DNA of 64,000 nt from Monocercomonoides exilis PA203 (taxonomy: Eukaryota > Protista > Preaxostyla): positions 992,001 to 1,056,000 of the forward strand of contig LSRY02000005.1 in the NCBI GenBank assembly GCA_001643675.2, given 5' to 3'. This document shows positions 26,401 through 36,088 of the stretch, one piece after another. How positions within the stretch are numbered: position 1 is the first letter of the stretch; each line of letters opens with the position of its first letter. A model generated the notes under the pieces. It was given only the letters and a program-made list of their open reading frames with translations. It was not told where the DNA came from and did no database searches. The position numbers and the translations under genes were made by a program.

Positions 26401-28275
26401 AGGAAACGTCGAGCGGAGGCAATGCATATGCAGAAGACTGAAAAATTCATCCACAATATTTTTCAGAAATGGAAAGAATTTAGTTCACAGAGAACACTAA
26501 CAAGAAATGCGATCAATACCTTCCAAGAAATACAAAGGAAAAAACACGAAATTGTCACTCGCAAACTTGCAGCATCTGCATTCTCTGCTTGGAAAAACTT
26601 TTCGCGTGTACAGAATGCTGCATATCGGCTAAATGAAAAGCAAACAGTACGTATAACAAAAAATGTACTGCAAAAATGGCATCAACAATCACAGCATGTT
26701 GTTGCTTTAAGAGAATTGAAAAAGAAAGCGGATTCACGCTACAGATTGAAAGTTATGATGAGTTCATTTACTGGATGGAGAGATGCTCTCCAACAGACAA
26801 TTCAAGCACAAGAAAATAAAATTGCGGAAGCAGTTGGAAGACTGGAGGCAAATGAGCTTAGGCATTTGATTCATAATTGGAAGCTTTTCGTGATTCAGTG
26901 TAAGCGTCGCCAATCAGCAATCAAGCAAATGCAAACTTTCAGATTGACACAATTTTTCGCAAGATGGAAGCAATTTTCTTCGTTGCAACTGTCATACAAG
27001 CAAAAGATATGGCAGGTGCAGCGTTTTCACGATCAGTGCTTGCTTTCAAAAGCGTGGTTTGATTGGATCACGTATGCACAAGCAATGCGTGGTGGTGGGT
27101 TTACAGGCGCGTTGACAGGTGGTGCTGGCTCAATGCAACCATCTGCATCAAAAAGAAGCGAGATTGCTGTTGTTGTTGATGCTCGAGGTGCTCTTGGCGA
27201 TTCTCGATTTATTAATGTATTAGAAAACAAAAGTCAAAATGAAGCGAAGAGTCCAAGCATTATGAGATCTATTAATCTTACGCACAAAGCGGTATCAAAA
27301 AAGGAATCAGAAACAAAGGAATCAGAACTTGAAAATCAAAGAAATACTCCGCAATTGCATCGATCGAATTCATTAAATTTCCTTCTGAATTCATCGGAAA
27401 AGCAAGATGAAACAGAAGGTAATCATACAACAATGAATCAATACTCAGCGCTAAACACATTTAATCGTTTTTCTAAAAATGAAAGCGAAGACAGAAAATT
27501 TGAAGATAGAGTCACAAAAGCAGATTCAACTGTTAAAAAGGATTTAGATGGAGGATTTCAAGATTTGAGTAGGATATATCATTCGCCAACAATAGGAATA
27601 GGAAGGCCTCGTTCTTTATCTCTTCCATATACTTCAGCATCATCTCTGATGATTCCTTTGCCAACATCACCAAGAACACCAACACGCCCACTATTCTTCC
27701 ATCCTCATATTCCAATACATCAGCCAACTCCTTTGTCAGAGCATCTCTTCGCAAACTCGTCCAGTTCAACAGCATCTCCGTCGGAATCGATGCATTACTT
27801 AGCATCTAATACTTCAACTTCTCAACCACCTTCTCAGCCTTCTACTCCTCCAACTCATTTGCAAAGAACACCCAGAACAGTTAGATTCAACACAGACCTT
27901 GTTGTTGATTCTACCACCAAAATGGGTGAACATTTTACGCGAGTTCAACCAACTCATTCATTGCTATTTCGACAATCACCATTTCAATCACCTTCAACTC
28001 CTCTTTCACTTGATTCGCGCAACAACACATCACAAGCAGTTCTGTCAACTCCAGAAGTTGTTTCTTCATCTCAGCCATCAACGTCAACACCTTCTTCATC
28101 GGCTGTCCAGATTTCTTCCATTTTAACTCCTTTGTCTCCAACGATGCATTCAATTGGCGCAATTAGTCCAACAAATAGCAAAGGAGAAGCAGAAGGAACA
28201 TCCATTGAACGAAAAGAGGATTCAGAAGAAGTAGATAACAATATTGAAGATTTGCAGAAATTTTCTGATGAATAA
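17494..28275 (+). CDS. Giant Sfi1-repeat (centrin-binding) protein, 3593 aa, apparently intronless
   Basis: Single uninterrupted ORF with dozens of F/L-x-x-W-K/R motifs at roughly 23-35 aa spacing (AFNGWKK, SFEQWKN, IFQKWKE, FFARWKQ), the Sfi1 repeat signature. They form two large blocks separated and flanked by Ser/Pro/Thr-rich disordered regions. Confidence 0.75.
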   Translation: MSILDKSSHHVPAKQLSSRNDKNVSFKKSSEPQSRIIQEKSYLESDFLTGGTASFAFPSDFGLQTPAISSFASPSKSVVPLTEYHEKIRRKQIQQPIISRDSPHPKADVINTRVVSPLSSLEKRNKKEIPVSFTPSHLPPSPLKSIAPPRKFAPDFGNPQFAVEKTTDISDSFLNPEKIAPLRTNQKKLHFETDASLFQDSFHSILPNPISASSLLLDKPFFDSQETNDSMKVPSTISHPISSKSTKDFSGPSILPIQQSSQQPLSKDSIESKSSDMSTFSFLPSDVQLHFSKSNNPSKRLPLSNDTNASRYSFNETRLTSSPVYPSSMISSFPTESHPSISYSTGSELFSTTTVPSSSSFHTTLFSHNTPSSTSEDLKAFHMMAKIFRFWRAEATKSAKRKRAINRRLAKEQKADNFFLRKTGRRLLKHWLFEAVPASQKENEKLLMEADRFREDVLLAKGLRALAINKDLLQRKKKAEKLALSFFTNKRQAFYFHIWKNWAKEKKPALPLTPMQIISLFMLMGLPVEQILRVCVECFADIVQINEEIQKKEDNEEEVDSSSFSYLLPIMNKLPERAIAYPFLKKSYDFSSVHSCFFNCHNSSEKSTQTSLSLAQATPYDKNTSGSSFQFKVARQEQSLQLFFSSQDETTNFDNSASMLDQSKQNCPEVIDIVSRLSTHLTQPLYFCIEANRSRAIRTRDQSPFIFCIRKSKVLPPFHLLSVSTSSPSPSSFSSASSLALLSIEAQNRIPISFSLLPQRICPSSSLHRFLISLKILSSSLLRPVFNHWRRIAHKRALFKERHLLRMKKMMFTQWNEAYVQDYCYQKREIRQRAELVRRMCSNKVKRAAFGEWLAATEKRMDLKNRRMQLEKDLLLNRMKSQLYEWNILAWERKEENKNTQKALALYSATISRKILWEWNLIAREQQDLRELLQNVREQRESKERTTLMRVAWDVWIESMEKLSEEKEKALTCIEHWAMIRLKDGFHKLKMNCLIRKQNRINKELANKFITTQRLRKSFKALINWYNEKQSILSKKKIAFSFYSNSAKKKCFDLWKEKIDGIHRQKQNINILNDTFRHILCRCVFNSWRNHNAQVKLLKEGSKKIENLHKILTINSAFNGWKKCYEHENGNKMEANAFHNKKIQSKAFYSFKKVTKYQINTKDLCNKLTMQRFDCKSAPLKRSAFECWLKLALQKRRLLLSVVSYISEKRKQTVKAMFQCWKDRVFNKQRINSLQISFVEQKSKVKARQILVAWHALQERREKLAILRDKVELMFVQRTLYKTFTAWKHRSSVFHKAEVALDSFRMQRAFGKWKTLLKWKKITAETKEKENHKLLSKSFEQWKNIAKEKINIRNLLIQRIQSKISNFAETDDWLEIITSFESKKDDVTAFQELMNSLKSPMDFSSKLSCNNYSENKASASHSISFDSNNDSDVLPKQERIVPPSLISRKLSLRHLIESEKKGRNIKSNDSDAFIQIETSIVSSQVQEPPIFSLSSKALPSYKQCKSMKKPASLSFLSSILSNASLIQRVAEALNKYLRRYHDVSQSASLFIQMKDSIRIKKYFEKWRDYSATRSSELKERENCWNDGKRKWLIARALDCWGKWIVDRYKNERNSEIERRYFAAKCLRLWNRLTQHKIHLCEMLKQKELEKVDVISKNSFYKWKILWEEIENGKIKRRFLILSLYFAHWKKISTYLRRNKNIISTVRQLHDNNTKTTVFHALQLHAKQQMSIRTFQLNVDLKVLRKAFIEWKRRIAEKKEKNAKVEQWKRNSKRAVNAIWGGIQSERSVPIRSRSKASLKSLTRSEIAYNPTNDWDEIWTPAANLEAKDTEKKVSFELPTFTPQDASLRKVNAVSSSPSQRRVSTFSSSSTVQTPTAEKGVMTSPITPSGNRYDSLMPKPTVPFSEALPLSSRLSEKSSQDHHSNHSRQVISTPSRQVLTETNSAREATQNSEKPHFTDIIAPEECEISAEPNVQTEFVPESSASSFKAKSELTRRQIAERMSELMAPTQTAQVSKETNCFQATKELQDGQMEERTPNRRRTSASPQLISLNDYQTPNRPRSQSASPTAIKSTPKSFSKSKNASPRSLIIIPPDEKNMHQSPSSERTSLCETPKQAKNNIYFDLKENNKNTSIPRIPLSPLRDYITPFTSEDKVLPTTFKDEDDEYEQSSNDEDSLIEHAESEDESHSGFPFSLQTPHSYHHLHLSRTKRSTYGSNFLLVSAYTHPIVPLQSYLHYILTFGIEDNSHQTTLCTRFIHQLISHSSKQQSKNSSQKLSDSSKSSAHSQNIFVLNETSFLCSYFLSWMAYSRYHQHKRAIHQHIRTIHNQNLLLHSLSSFRYNVFRNKQKSQAIEMSKHNTKWHMLRTWKIFLEEQKTRKTMKRSSETLVAFRFSQKAFSLWKEKTYEQIHNKKNEQKSIEFYEKKQMTNSLLQWKKFSLNEKEIENTLVNEQISKHLFSLKKDIFQKIKAYAQFHSELKSKQRSIRNELDKERLHQYFLDWLVCSFRVRCDRMHVLQPIFRVWKAWAMENHEEQMANEKKCNEYLFAKKKALFHDWALMSNALQLFKIKSESKIFYAWKDFVQHRTDLKRKMEKKKLNKKINEKKQIFTNWRDTVKQQQEAKQMSQILLSNRAKGILHKWRDFAGKQKDLKDRFESCGTIAIRQERMVNDVFLKWKDLMSSKRVAKIKKELDKKVKMRILERWLDEVQNVQRCRNLLKQQREKKNFERKQETLRNWQDLVRSQQFYCTNTKKQILIALKSAVKKQKQWREAKDVYGMRFNASVLARHMHQWIELYKRNKRYTEIRKEEWRLKMEMEALAQKHSKFLKKIHFVSWKKRIEEKREKREKSKRMQEKNLLSKAIKGWVNFHKMKQKQKKIEEIIAQKKKNVLLKKCFEALRQYSNIKAYKTRVLPKLLHEKALEQRQRLFVEWRLCFQNIEHRREIENKAMHHFKEKITRTALRVWQQANAEAAERKRRAEAMHMQKTEKFIHNIFQKWKEFSSQRTLTRNAINTFQEIQRKKHEIVTRKLAASAFSAWKNFSRVQNAAYRLNEKQTVRITKNVLQKWHQQSQHVVALRELKKKADSRYRLKVMMSSFTGWRDALQQTIQAQENKIAEAVGRLEANELRHLIHNWKLFVIQCKRRQSAIKQMQTFRLTQFFARWKQFSSLQLSYKQKIWQVQRFHDQCLLSKAWFDWITYAQAMRGGGFTGALTGGAGSMQPSASKRSEIAVVVDARGALGDSRFINVLENKSQNEAKSPSIMRSINLTHKAVSKKESETKESELENQRNTPQLHRSNSLNFLLNSSEKQDETEGNHTTMNQYSALNTFNRFSKNESEDRKFEDRVTKADSTVKKDLDGGFQDLSRIYHSPTIGIGRPRSLSLPYTSASSLMIPLPTSPRTPTRPLFFHPHIPIHQPTPLSEHLFANSSSSTASPSESMHYLASNTSTSQPPSQPSTPPTHLQRTPRTVRFNTDLVVDSTTKMGEHFTRVQPTHSLLFRQSPFQSPSTPLSLDSRNNTSQAVLSTPEVVSSSQPSTSTPSSSAVQISSILTPLSPTMHSIGAISPTNSKGEAEGTSIERKEDSEEVDNNIEDLQKFSDE

Positions 28276-28644
28276 TAAAATAGAACACAAAAAAGAATCA
28301 ATAAACAATTTCTTTTTAGCATCGTAATAAATCGTTTTCTCTTGAATGTTTTCCATGAAAAAACGAATATTTCATCATTTTCAAATCATTTTTGAATGCA
28401 AAATATGCATTCCACTTCATATTTACAATAAATTATTTAAAATTATATAATTCACAAAAGAAAGTCAAGTCCAGGTGCATAATAATCAAAGATACAAATT
28501 TACCAACGAAACAAAAATGAGATAATTAAGAAAGAATCCAATCTAATAAAATATTGGTAATGATGTACATAAGATGATTGAACGCAAATTATGCTTTTAT
28601 TTTAACGAAAATACTAAGAAAATGAAAGAATTTCCAGTAATGCT

Positions 28645-30009
28645 TCATGGTGAGTAATCCGCTTCTGGTATTTGCAAGAGAGGAATGTTTGCTGGTGATT
28701 TTTCCGTTCTTCTGTCAAACATAATCACATCCAAATTAAAAGGAAGTTCAGAAGTTGACGATGGTGATGAGGATGACGATGAGGATGAGGAATGAAATGA
28801 AGAAGAAGGAGATGATGATGACGACGAGAATGCTGATGAAGTTGAAGCAGAAATATGATGTGAAGATTGTTGTGAAGAATCGGTGGAGTGAGTAGTTGAA
28901 GTGAGAGAAAGTGGGAGAAGACACGAGGGCAAAAAGCTAATCATTTGAACAGAGAACATTAAAATAAATTATCAATTGTCATTGAAAAAAAAGTGCATTC
29001 ATATAATTTCGATTGAAGATATAAAAGGAAAATGAAACAAGAAATCAAATTATAATATTTTAATCATGAACAACTGCATTTGCCATACCCTTTTTGTATG
29101 TCTGTGAGCACATTCTGATAGAACTTGGAATGGCTTGGTAAGAACGATTCATCGTCGTTCACAACAATTCCATCAGAGAAAAAGGACAAATAACATTCAA
29201 TTCGAGGCTTTGTTCCCTTTGTTGCATCTGTTTTTGGCTTTTTCCCTGAAATCGATGCAATCAAAGATCCTTCCCAATCTTGAGTAGGAAGTGGAAGAGG
29301 AGTTGAATCGAGAGATTGATCAAATCTTTTTTTGGCTTCTTCTTTTAATTGAATTCTTTTTTTCTCCTGACTTTCAATCTCTTCACTTGTAAGTCTTATC
29401 CTTTCAAAGAAATAACTCTCCGGAAAAAAACACAAAAAATTAGTAACAAACTGTGAACCCTTCCCAAGAAGCTTTTCTAGTTGTTCTTGTCTCGCTTGAG
29501 AGTGAGGTGACACTAAAAAGTTGTTCAAATTTGAAAAAAAGTGAAAAAAAAACATAGAATTTCAAACAATTCTGTTTTTGTTGGTGATGATGATGAATTT
29601 CTTGAAGTTTTCTTTCAAAAAAAAATTGTTATGATAAATGATTATAACGAAGCATACAACTTTGATTCCTTTTCACTTTGCTCTTGGAGAAGTTTTGCAG
29701 CTTTTTTTTGGAAAGAAAATGGTGACTTATTTTTTCTTTTAAATACTGAAAGCAAACCAAGTTTTTCTTCTTGTAAGCGCTTCTTTTTACGAAACCTTTC
29801 TAGTGCAGCGCTTCCTTCATCGAAATAAGTTTCAATTGCTCTCTTTAAATTGCAATGAAAATAAGTGTTGAACCATGAAAAATCCAATTATTTAAACAAA
29901 AACAAAATATTACCTGCAGATTTCCATTTGCAATTGTCAAAAAATCGCGAGCATCTTCTTCGCTTTGATTGGTAACGCTCATGAAGGACTCTACATCAGT
30001 TTCGCTCAT
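28645..30009 (-). CDS. p47/Shp1-like protein with N-terminal UBA-like and SEP domains, no UBX domain
   Basis: First exon MSETDVESFMSVTNQSEEDARDFLTIANGNLQ|RAIETYFD is a UBA-like (p47/DCN1-type) start. LSFFSDGIVVNDD...FYQNVLTDIQKG|FLPSCL...LDVIMFDRRTE matches SEP-domain motifs, with a Ser-rich insert. Multi-exon; stop at 28645. Confidence 0.6.
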
Positions 30010-30387
30010 CGATAATTTTTTCTTTGGGGAATGATGATCTTATCTGTTTTCATTTCTCATAACTCTTTCAAGCATTAGAAAGAAAATGCAAATGCAATAA
30101 ACAAACATTTAAAAAGTCATGCTTATGTTTGAATAATGATAAGAGGCTGGACAAAATAAGCGAAGTGTGAAATGAATTAAGAAAAAAAAATCGCACCTTG
30201 GTGGAATGGTAAAAAGAGAAAAATTAACTTTGAAGCGTTTTCTGTCGCACTCCACTTAATTTTGCTTCCAACCTCGGAATGCTGATCTTTGTGTTCTTTC
30301 AACTCTCCTTCGCTTCCCTGCTCAATCATCCTTAATACAAACAAACTCCAACCTATTACCACAGATATCGAGATGATTTCAGAACTT

Positions 30388-31949
30388 TTACTCTGCACCA
30401 ATACCACGATCCTTTGCGTAATATTCCTGAATGATCTTATCTGGAATTCTCTTCAACATATCTCTTGGGAAAGTCCTAAGAAGAGACCAGGCGAGATCCA
30501 AAGATTCGAAGATAGAACGAGATTCATAATAACCCTGTGAGATGAATTTCTTCTCGAATTTATCCAAGAATTCTAAATACAGCTTATCTTCTGGGGTCAT
30601 AGCTTCTTCTCCCACAACAGCCTTCATGGCAGCTGTATCCTTACCAATAGCATAGTTGGCATAAAGCTGGTTGGACACATCAGGATGGTCAACACGTGTC
30701 ATTCCTTGACCTACAGCAGACTTCATCAGACGAGAAAGAGAAGGAAGCACGTTGATAGGAGGTGAAATTTGCTTGTTGTGAAGTTGACGATCCACATAAA
30801 TCTGTCCCTCTGTGATATATCCAGTCAAATCTGGAATTGGATGTGTAATATCATCGTTAGGCATAGTCAGCACAGGGAATTGTGTGATTGAGCCAGATCT
30901 TCCTTCAACACGACCTGCGCGCTCGTAAATGGCTGCAAGATCTGTGTACATGTAACCTGGGTACCCACGACGCCCTGGCACTTCTTCTCTAGCAGCAGAG
31001 ACTTCACGAAGTGCATCAGCATAAGATGTCATATCAGTCAAAATAACAAGAACGTGCTTTCCGCATTCATAAGCAAGATATTCAGCAGCTGTGAGAGCAA
31101 TACGTGGAGTGACAATTCTTTCAATTGTTGGATCATTAGCCAAGTTCAAGAAAAGAGCGACTCTGCTCATGGAACCGTTTTCTTCGAAATCTTGCATGAA
31201 GAAACGAGCAGTTTCCTGGTTAACACCCATAGCAGCGAAAACAATAGCGAAGTTGTCATCTTTCTTGTCAGCTCTTTCTCCATGTTGCACCAAACCTGCC
31301 TGACGGCAAATTTGAGCAGCAATTTCGTTATGGGGAAGACCAGATGCAGAGAACAGTGGGATCTTTTGCCCTCTAGCAATACTGTTCATCACATCAATAG
31401 CAGAAATACCTGTTTGAATCATTTCCTTTGGATAAATTCTTTTGCAAGGATTGATAGCAGATCCATAAATATCCAAGAAATCTTCGGCAATAATTGGTGG
31501 TCCTTGATCTATTGGTTTTCCAGATCCATTGAAAACACGACCAAGAACATCTTCACTAACAGGGATCTTTTGAGTTTCACCTGTGAATTCAACATGTGTG
31601 AGTTTGTTGTCGATTCCAGATGTCCCTTCAAACACCTGTACAACAGCTTTCGATCCCGAAACTTCTAAAATTTGGCCGGTTCTAACTTCACCAGAGCCAA
31701 GAGTAATGTTTACAATTTCTGATGATTTTGGGAACTGAAATAAAGGCAAAAAATAAAGATAAAATATGAAAATAAAAATGTCTTCAATATGCCAAACCTT
31801 AACATGATCGAGAATAACCAGAGGACCATTCACGCTTTGCACAGTTCGGTAATCTAAATATCATCAAAAACAATACATTGAATTAAGGATTCGAGTGAAT
31901 TCATACCAATACGAGGGCGGACAATGCCAGAGACTCCAGTTGTGCTCAT
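30388..31949 (-). CDS. VMA2: V-type H+-ATPase V1 subunit B
   Basis: Highly conserved motifs [78 protein letters not shown] at 31949 ([14 protein letters not shown]|DYRTV), with two short 5' introns (second 31735-31797). Confidence 0.97.
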
Positions 31950-32121
31950 TGTATGTGATCAGAACACTCTAACAATGGTTATATAGATCTATCCCATACA
32001 CTTACTTGAAATTTTTCGAAAATCTTAACTGTTTTTATTTAACATTCAAGAAAAGCATTCATTTATTATTTGAATATTTTATAAATAATAACTATTAATT
32101 GCAACCATAATAATATTAACA

Positions 32122-35100
32122 ATGCCAAAGCAACAAAAAGAAAAGCATTGGAACACGCTTTCAGAGAAAAAAAAAGAGGATGAAGAGGAAATTGATGATG
32201 AAAATAGTTCAGAAGAATATTCTGAAGATGACGAGGAGTTAAACGATACGATCCCCACTGAAGTATGAACGAGATTTAATAAATGCAATTTTCTTTAACA
32301 ATTATTGCATTAATAAATTTATTTTCAAATTCTTTTCACAAGCGCACTGTTGCAAAAATACTTTTATCGCTTTCATCATTGGATGAACTTTCTGACGCAG
32401 TTGTTGATGCGATTCAGGATAGAATTGAAAGTGTTACGCCTCTGATTAAAAATTTGGGGGATGTTTCATCTGACCATCTTGCTCTCATAAGTGCTTTAAG
32501 GTTTATAGCAGAAGCCTTTTTTTGAGTTTTAATCTTTTAATTGAAGGGCCCTAACAACAAAATTTGGTGAGCAGTTATCCTGTGTAATTGTTGAAAGCAC
32601 ATTCCATCAAACATTGCTTTCTTTTTTGTTAACAGTTTGTTTATTAGTTTCTAATTTATGTTTATTAATCTTTCATTCTTGTTTCTGTGATCGAAGAATC
32701 TTCCACTTGCAAGACAATTATATTTAATGGTTGCGACTCAAAAAGAAGGGATTACCCAAGCAATAATTGAGCAAGGAAAATATTACCAGCAAATATTGGT
32801 TGATCTTTTATCAACTTTAGAAAACCTTAGCAAAAATTCAGATGACTTTACTGACGAATGTTTGAAAAATGAATCTCTGATAAACGAACTACTATTGAGT
32901 TTATACCCTGAGCGTGGCATTCCAAAGGAAATAACTCTCGCAACAGCAGAGCTTCTTTCAACGCTTACAGAGGACACTAAGGTTTGACGAATTTTGAGAT
33001 TTGATGTTTTTCGTCCTGTTAATAATGTGTGTTAATCATTTAATGCTTTGTTAAAAATATCTATTTTCTTTCTCTTCTAAAGATAACAACAAAGGACCAG
33101 ATAATGAGCGAGCTATACACCAGCCTCCCAAAGCAGCCGATGCGTGTGATTGTGGTGCTGTCTGGGTTTTTCCTCAACATCCGAGGGCGCTCGATGCTTC
33201 CCTTTGTGGCTGGCCCGCTTGTCACAGCGCTCTGCCCATTTCCTGCACCAGCGTCGCCTGCACAATTCGGTAGCATGTTGGGTTCTGTTGTGGCTGCCCT
33301 GAAGATGGTCATGAATGGCCTCTGGAGCAGATCAAGTCGGTCAAGCCAATCTGGCAGTGAGCACACGCCCTCCTCTCAGGCTGGCTCTGTGGCGCCTGTT
33401 GTGTTTGGAGTGAATGAAGGAGCAGCAAAAGACGAGTGGATCACAAAATATCCATTCAAATGCATACAATTCATGCCAGAGCCGCAGATTCCTGTTGAAA
33501 TTTCCCAGCCGGCTATGCCTCCAACAGCTCAATTGCCGTCTTCCTCAGCACTTTTGGCATCAACTGCTGCTTCGCCTGCTTTTGTGTCGCTGATCCCAGC
33601 TCTGAAGTATGCTCTTGCTGCAATCAGCGCATTCGTAGAAGCAATGGAGATATCTCACTCCGCCTGCGAAGTGCTGGCGAATGGCTGTCTGATAGAAAGC
33701 GACGAAGAAGAAGGAGAAGATGACGATGAAGATGAAGAAGAAGATGTTGATATGGGAAGTGGAATAGGAAGATCAGCAGGCTCTGGAATGAGCAGCATGT
33801 CATCTGGCCAATTGGGAGCTAAGCTGAGCGATGCAGAGCAAGCAGCAAAGGAAGAGAAAGAGAGAGAAGTCGATGCAAATGCCGCGAAAGCCATCATCAC
33901 ACACAAAATACCTGAAAAGCTGCTGGAGATCATCAACACCTCCATCACTAACACTCATTCTCCTTCTCCTTCTCCTTCTCCTTCTGCATCAACAGCCTCA
34001 ATTTCATCTTCATCTTCATTGCCAATGCAGATGCCTTCGCTGTCGTTGTTGTACAACGATCTCCTTCTTCTGACTCCTCTACTCGTCTCAGCACTCACAG
34101 ACGCTACGACAGCTGCGCCTGTGTCAGAGGCCGAGAAGAAAGCCGAGCAAAAAAGAAGAGAGAGGAAAGAGAAGAGAAGGAAGAGAAGAGAAGAGAAAGG
34201 GGGTGCAGCGATGGGCATGGAGCAGGACGCGGGGGAAGCGCTGGAGGAAGGCGAGGGGATGGCAGAAGACGACGACTCTTCGATGGAAGAGAGAGGGGGA
34301 GTGGGACAAGCACAGCGGCTTGTGTTTTCTGTTGAGAGCTGTCTGAACGACGAAGAAAAACAGCTTTCGATGAAGCTGCTGCAGTGTCTGGCAGATGAAA
34401 CACTGCAGAGCCAAGTCACGTCGCATCTGCCCCACAACATTAACACCCTCACAAACATTCTTTCTCTTCTTCTTTCCATTCAACTACCATCACCTGCTGC
34501 TGCTTCTTCTCTTTCTTCTTCTCCTTCTGCTGCTGCCCAATCGCCATACAGCCCAAGCGCCCTGGTTGCTTCAGGACTCGGCCCAGTTGCCTCGCAGCTG
34601 TGTCAGTCGTGTTCGCGAATGACTTTTTCTCTCCTCCACACCTTCTGCACGCACAACAACATCCCTCCCTTGGCTGCTGTTTCATCCGCACAGCCACTTG
34701 CATCAACAGGATTGAATGCATTTGTATCTGCTTCTATACCTGCTTCTGCATCTGCCACATCGTCTCCGCTGCTTCAGCAGGTCGTTGCGATGCTTTCAGC
34801 TTCTCCTGCAGCTGGTGCAACAGCAGTTACAACAACAGCAGCAGCACTGTCACCATCTCTTTCTGCTTCTTCAGCGTCTTCTCAACAATCCACCTCTGAA
34901 GTGTCGCTTGTGACCAATGACTCGATTGAGAGCTGCCTGCGGCTGTTTATCATTGCTGCCTCTACAATTTCTGATCTCTCTTCTCAGAACACCCCACAGC
35001 AGCCACACATCAACATGTCTCTGTTGCTTCCAGACATCACTCACATTGCTTTGCTCTTCTCGTTCTTCTTCAGACTTATCCACTACATTCTGCCTTCTTC

Positions 35101-35872
35101 TGCTGCTGATTCAACTTCTTCCTCATCTTCATCATCATCTTCTTCTTCTTCTTCTTTGAACTCAATTGTTGATGATGCTCTGATATCTTCCTCTTCATAT
35201 GCACAAAGCAGCGATGCCTCTGCAAGCGCTGTCATCGACCCCACAAACCTCAACCTTCTCTCCGCATTCCACTCCCTTCTCTCCATCGTCATATCTTCTC
35301 TCTATTCCACATTCACCTCTTCTCTCTCTCCGGCTCCTTCTCTTCCTTCTGCCTCTCTTTCAGCTTCTCCTTCATATCCCTCACAAAAGCCACTCATCAC
35401 CGTGCAATCGCTCCAAGGCACGCCCTTTTTGCTGTTCTACCAGCTGTTCTTTGAAGCTGAGCAGCTTCTTCTCAAAAGAGTCGGAGATGTTCTGCGGGTG
35501 TTTGTGTCATCGTCCACACTCGGCATCACCTTCACTGCGTCTGCGCTGTCCACGTCTGCACTCCCTGCCCTGCTTCATCTGGTCTCCTCTGGCTGTGACA
35601 GCGTCGGAGAGGCTCTTTCCCTTGTTGAGGCTGACAGCACTGCCACTAAACAGCTGGGTGCTGCCTGCTCAGCGCCGCTGCTGCCGCAGCTGGCGGAGAT
35701 ACAGGCGCTCCTGCAGCGGTCGAAGGGAGCTGTGAAGAAGAAGAAGAAGAGCGCGGGAAGAGGGCAGCAGATGGGAAGTGGGGATGGGTTTGGCGGGTTT
35801 AATAAAGAGAGCAGGATGTGCAGGAAGGATGTGGAAGATCTGATGAAGATGATTCAGATGATGGGGAAATGA
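32122..35872 (+). CDS. HEATR3/Syo1-like ARM/HEAT-repeat protein with long Ser/Ala-rich insertions
   Basis: Multi-exon 5' region starting MPKQQKEK. LATAELLSTLTED and ACEVLANGCLIESDEEEGEDDDEDEEED resemble the HEATR3/Syo1 TED motif and the helix before its acidic loop. Long final exon is ORF 33104-35872. Confidence 0.5.
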
Positions 35873-36088
35873 GATGGAGGAGAATGTGTTTGTGTATGTT
35901 TGTATGTGCTTTGATGGAAGAAAATGTCAAATTTCCGAATTTTGTGTTTGGAATGAAAAGTTTCTAAGGAAAGAAGTTACAAATATGTGCGTTTTTAACT
36001 TATGATAATAATCATTTTCACTTCGCTTTCACTTCCTGAATACAATCCATAATAAACTTTAAAATTCTTCGGATTGTTACACCAAAAA

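Noticed and set aside
31735-31797. Hydrophobic 21-aa insertion in V-ATPase B shown by the ORF track
   Set aside because: It is a 63-nt GT-AG intron that happens to be in frame and stop-free.
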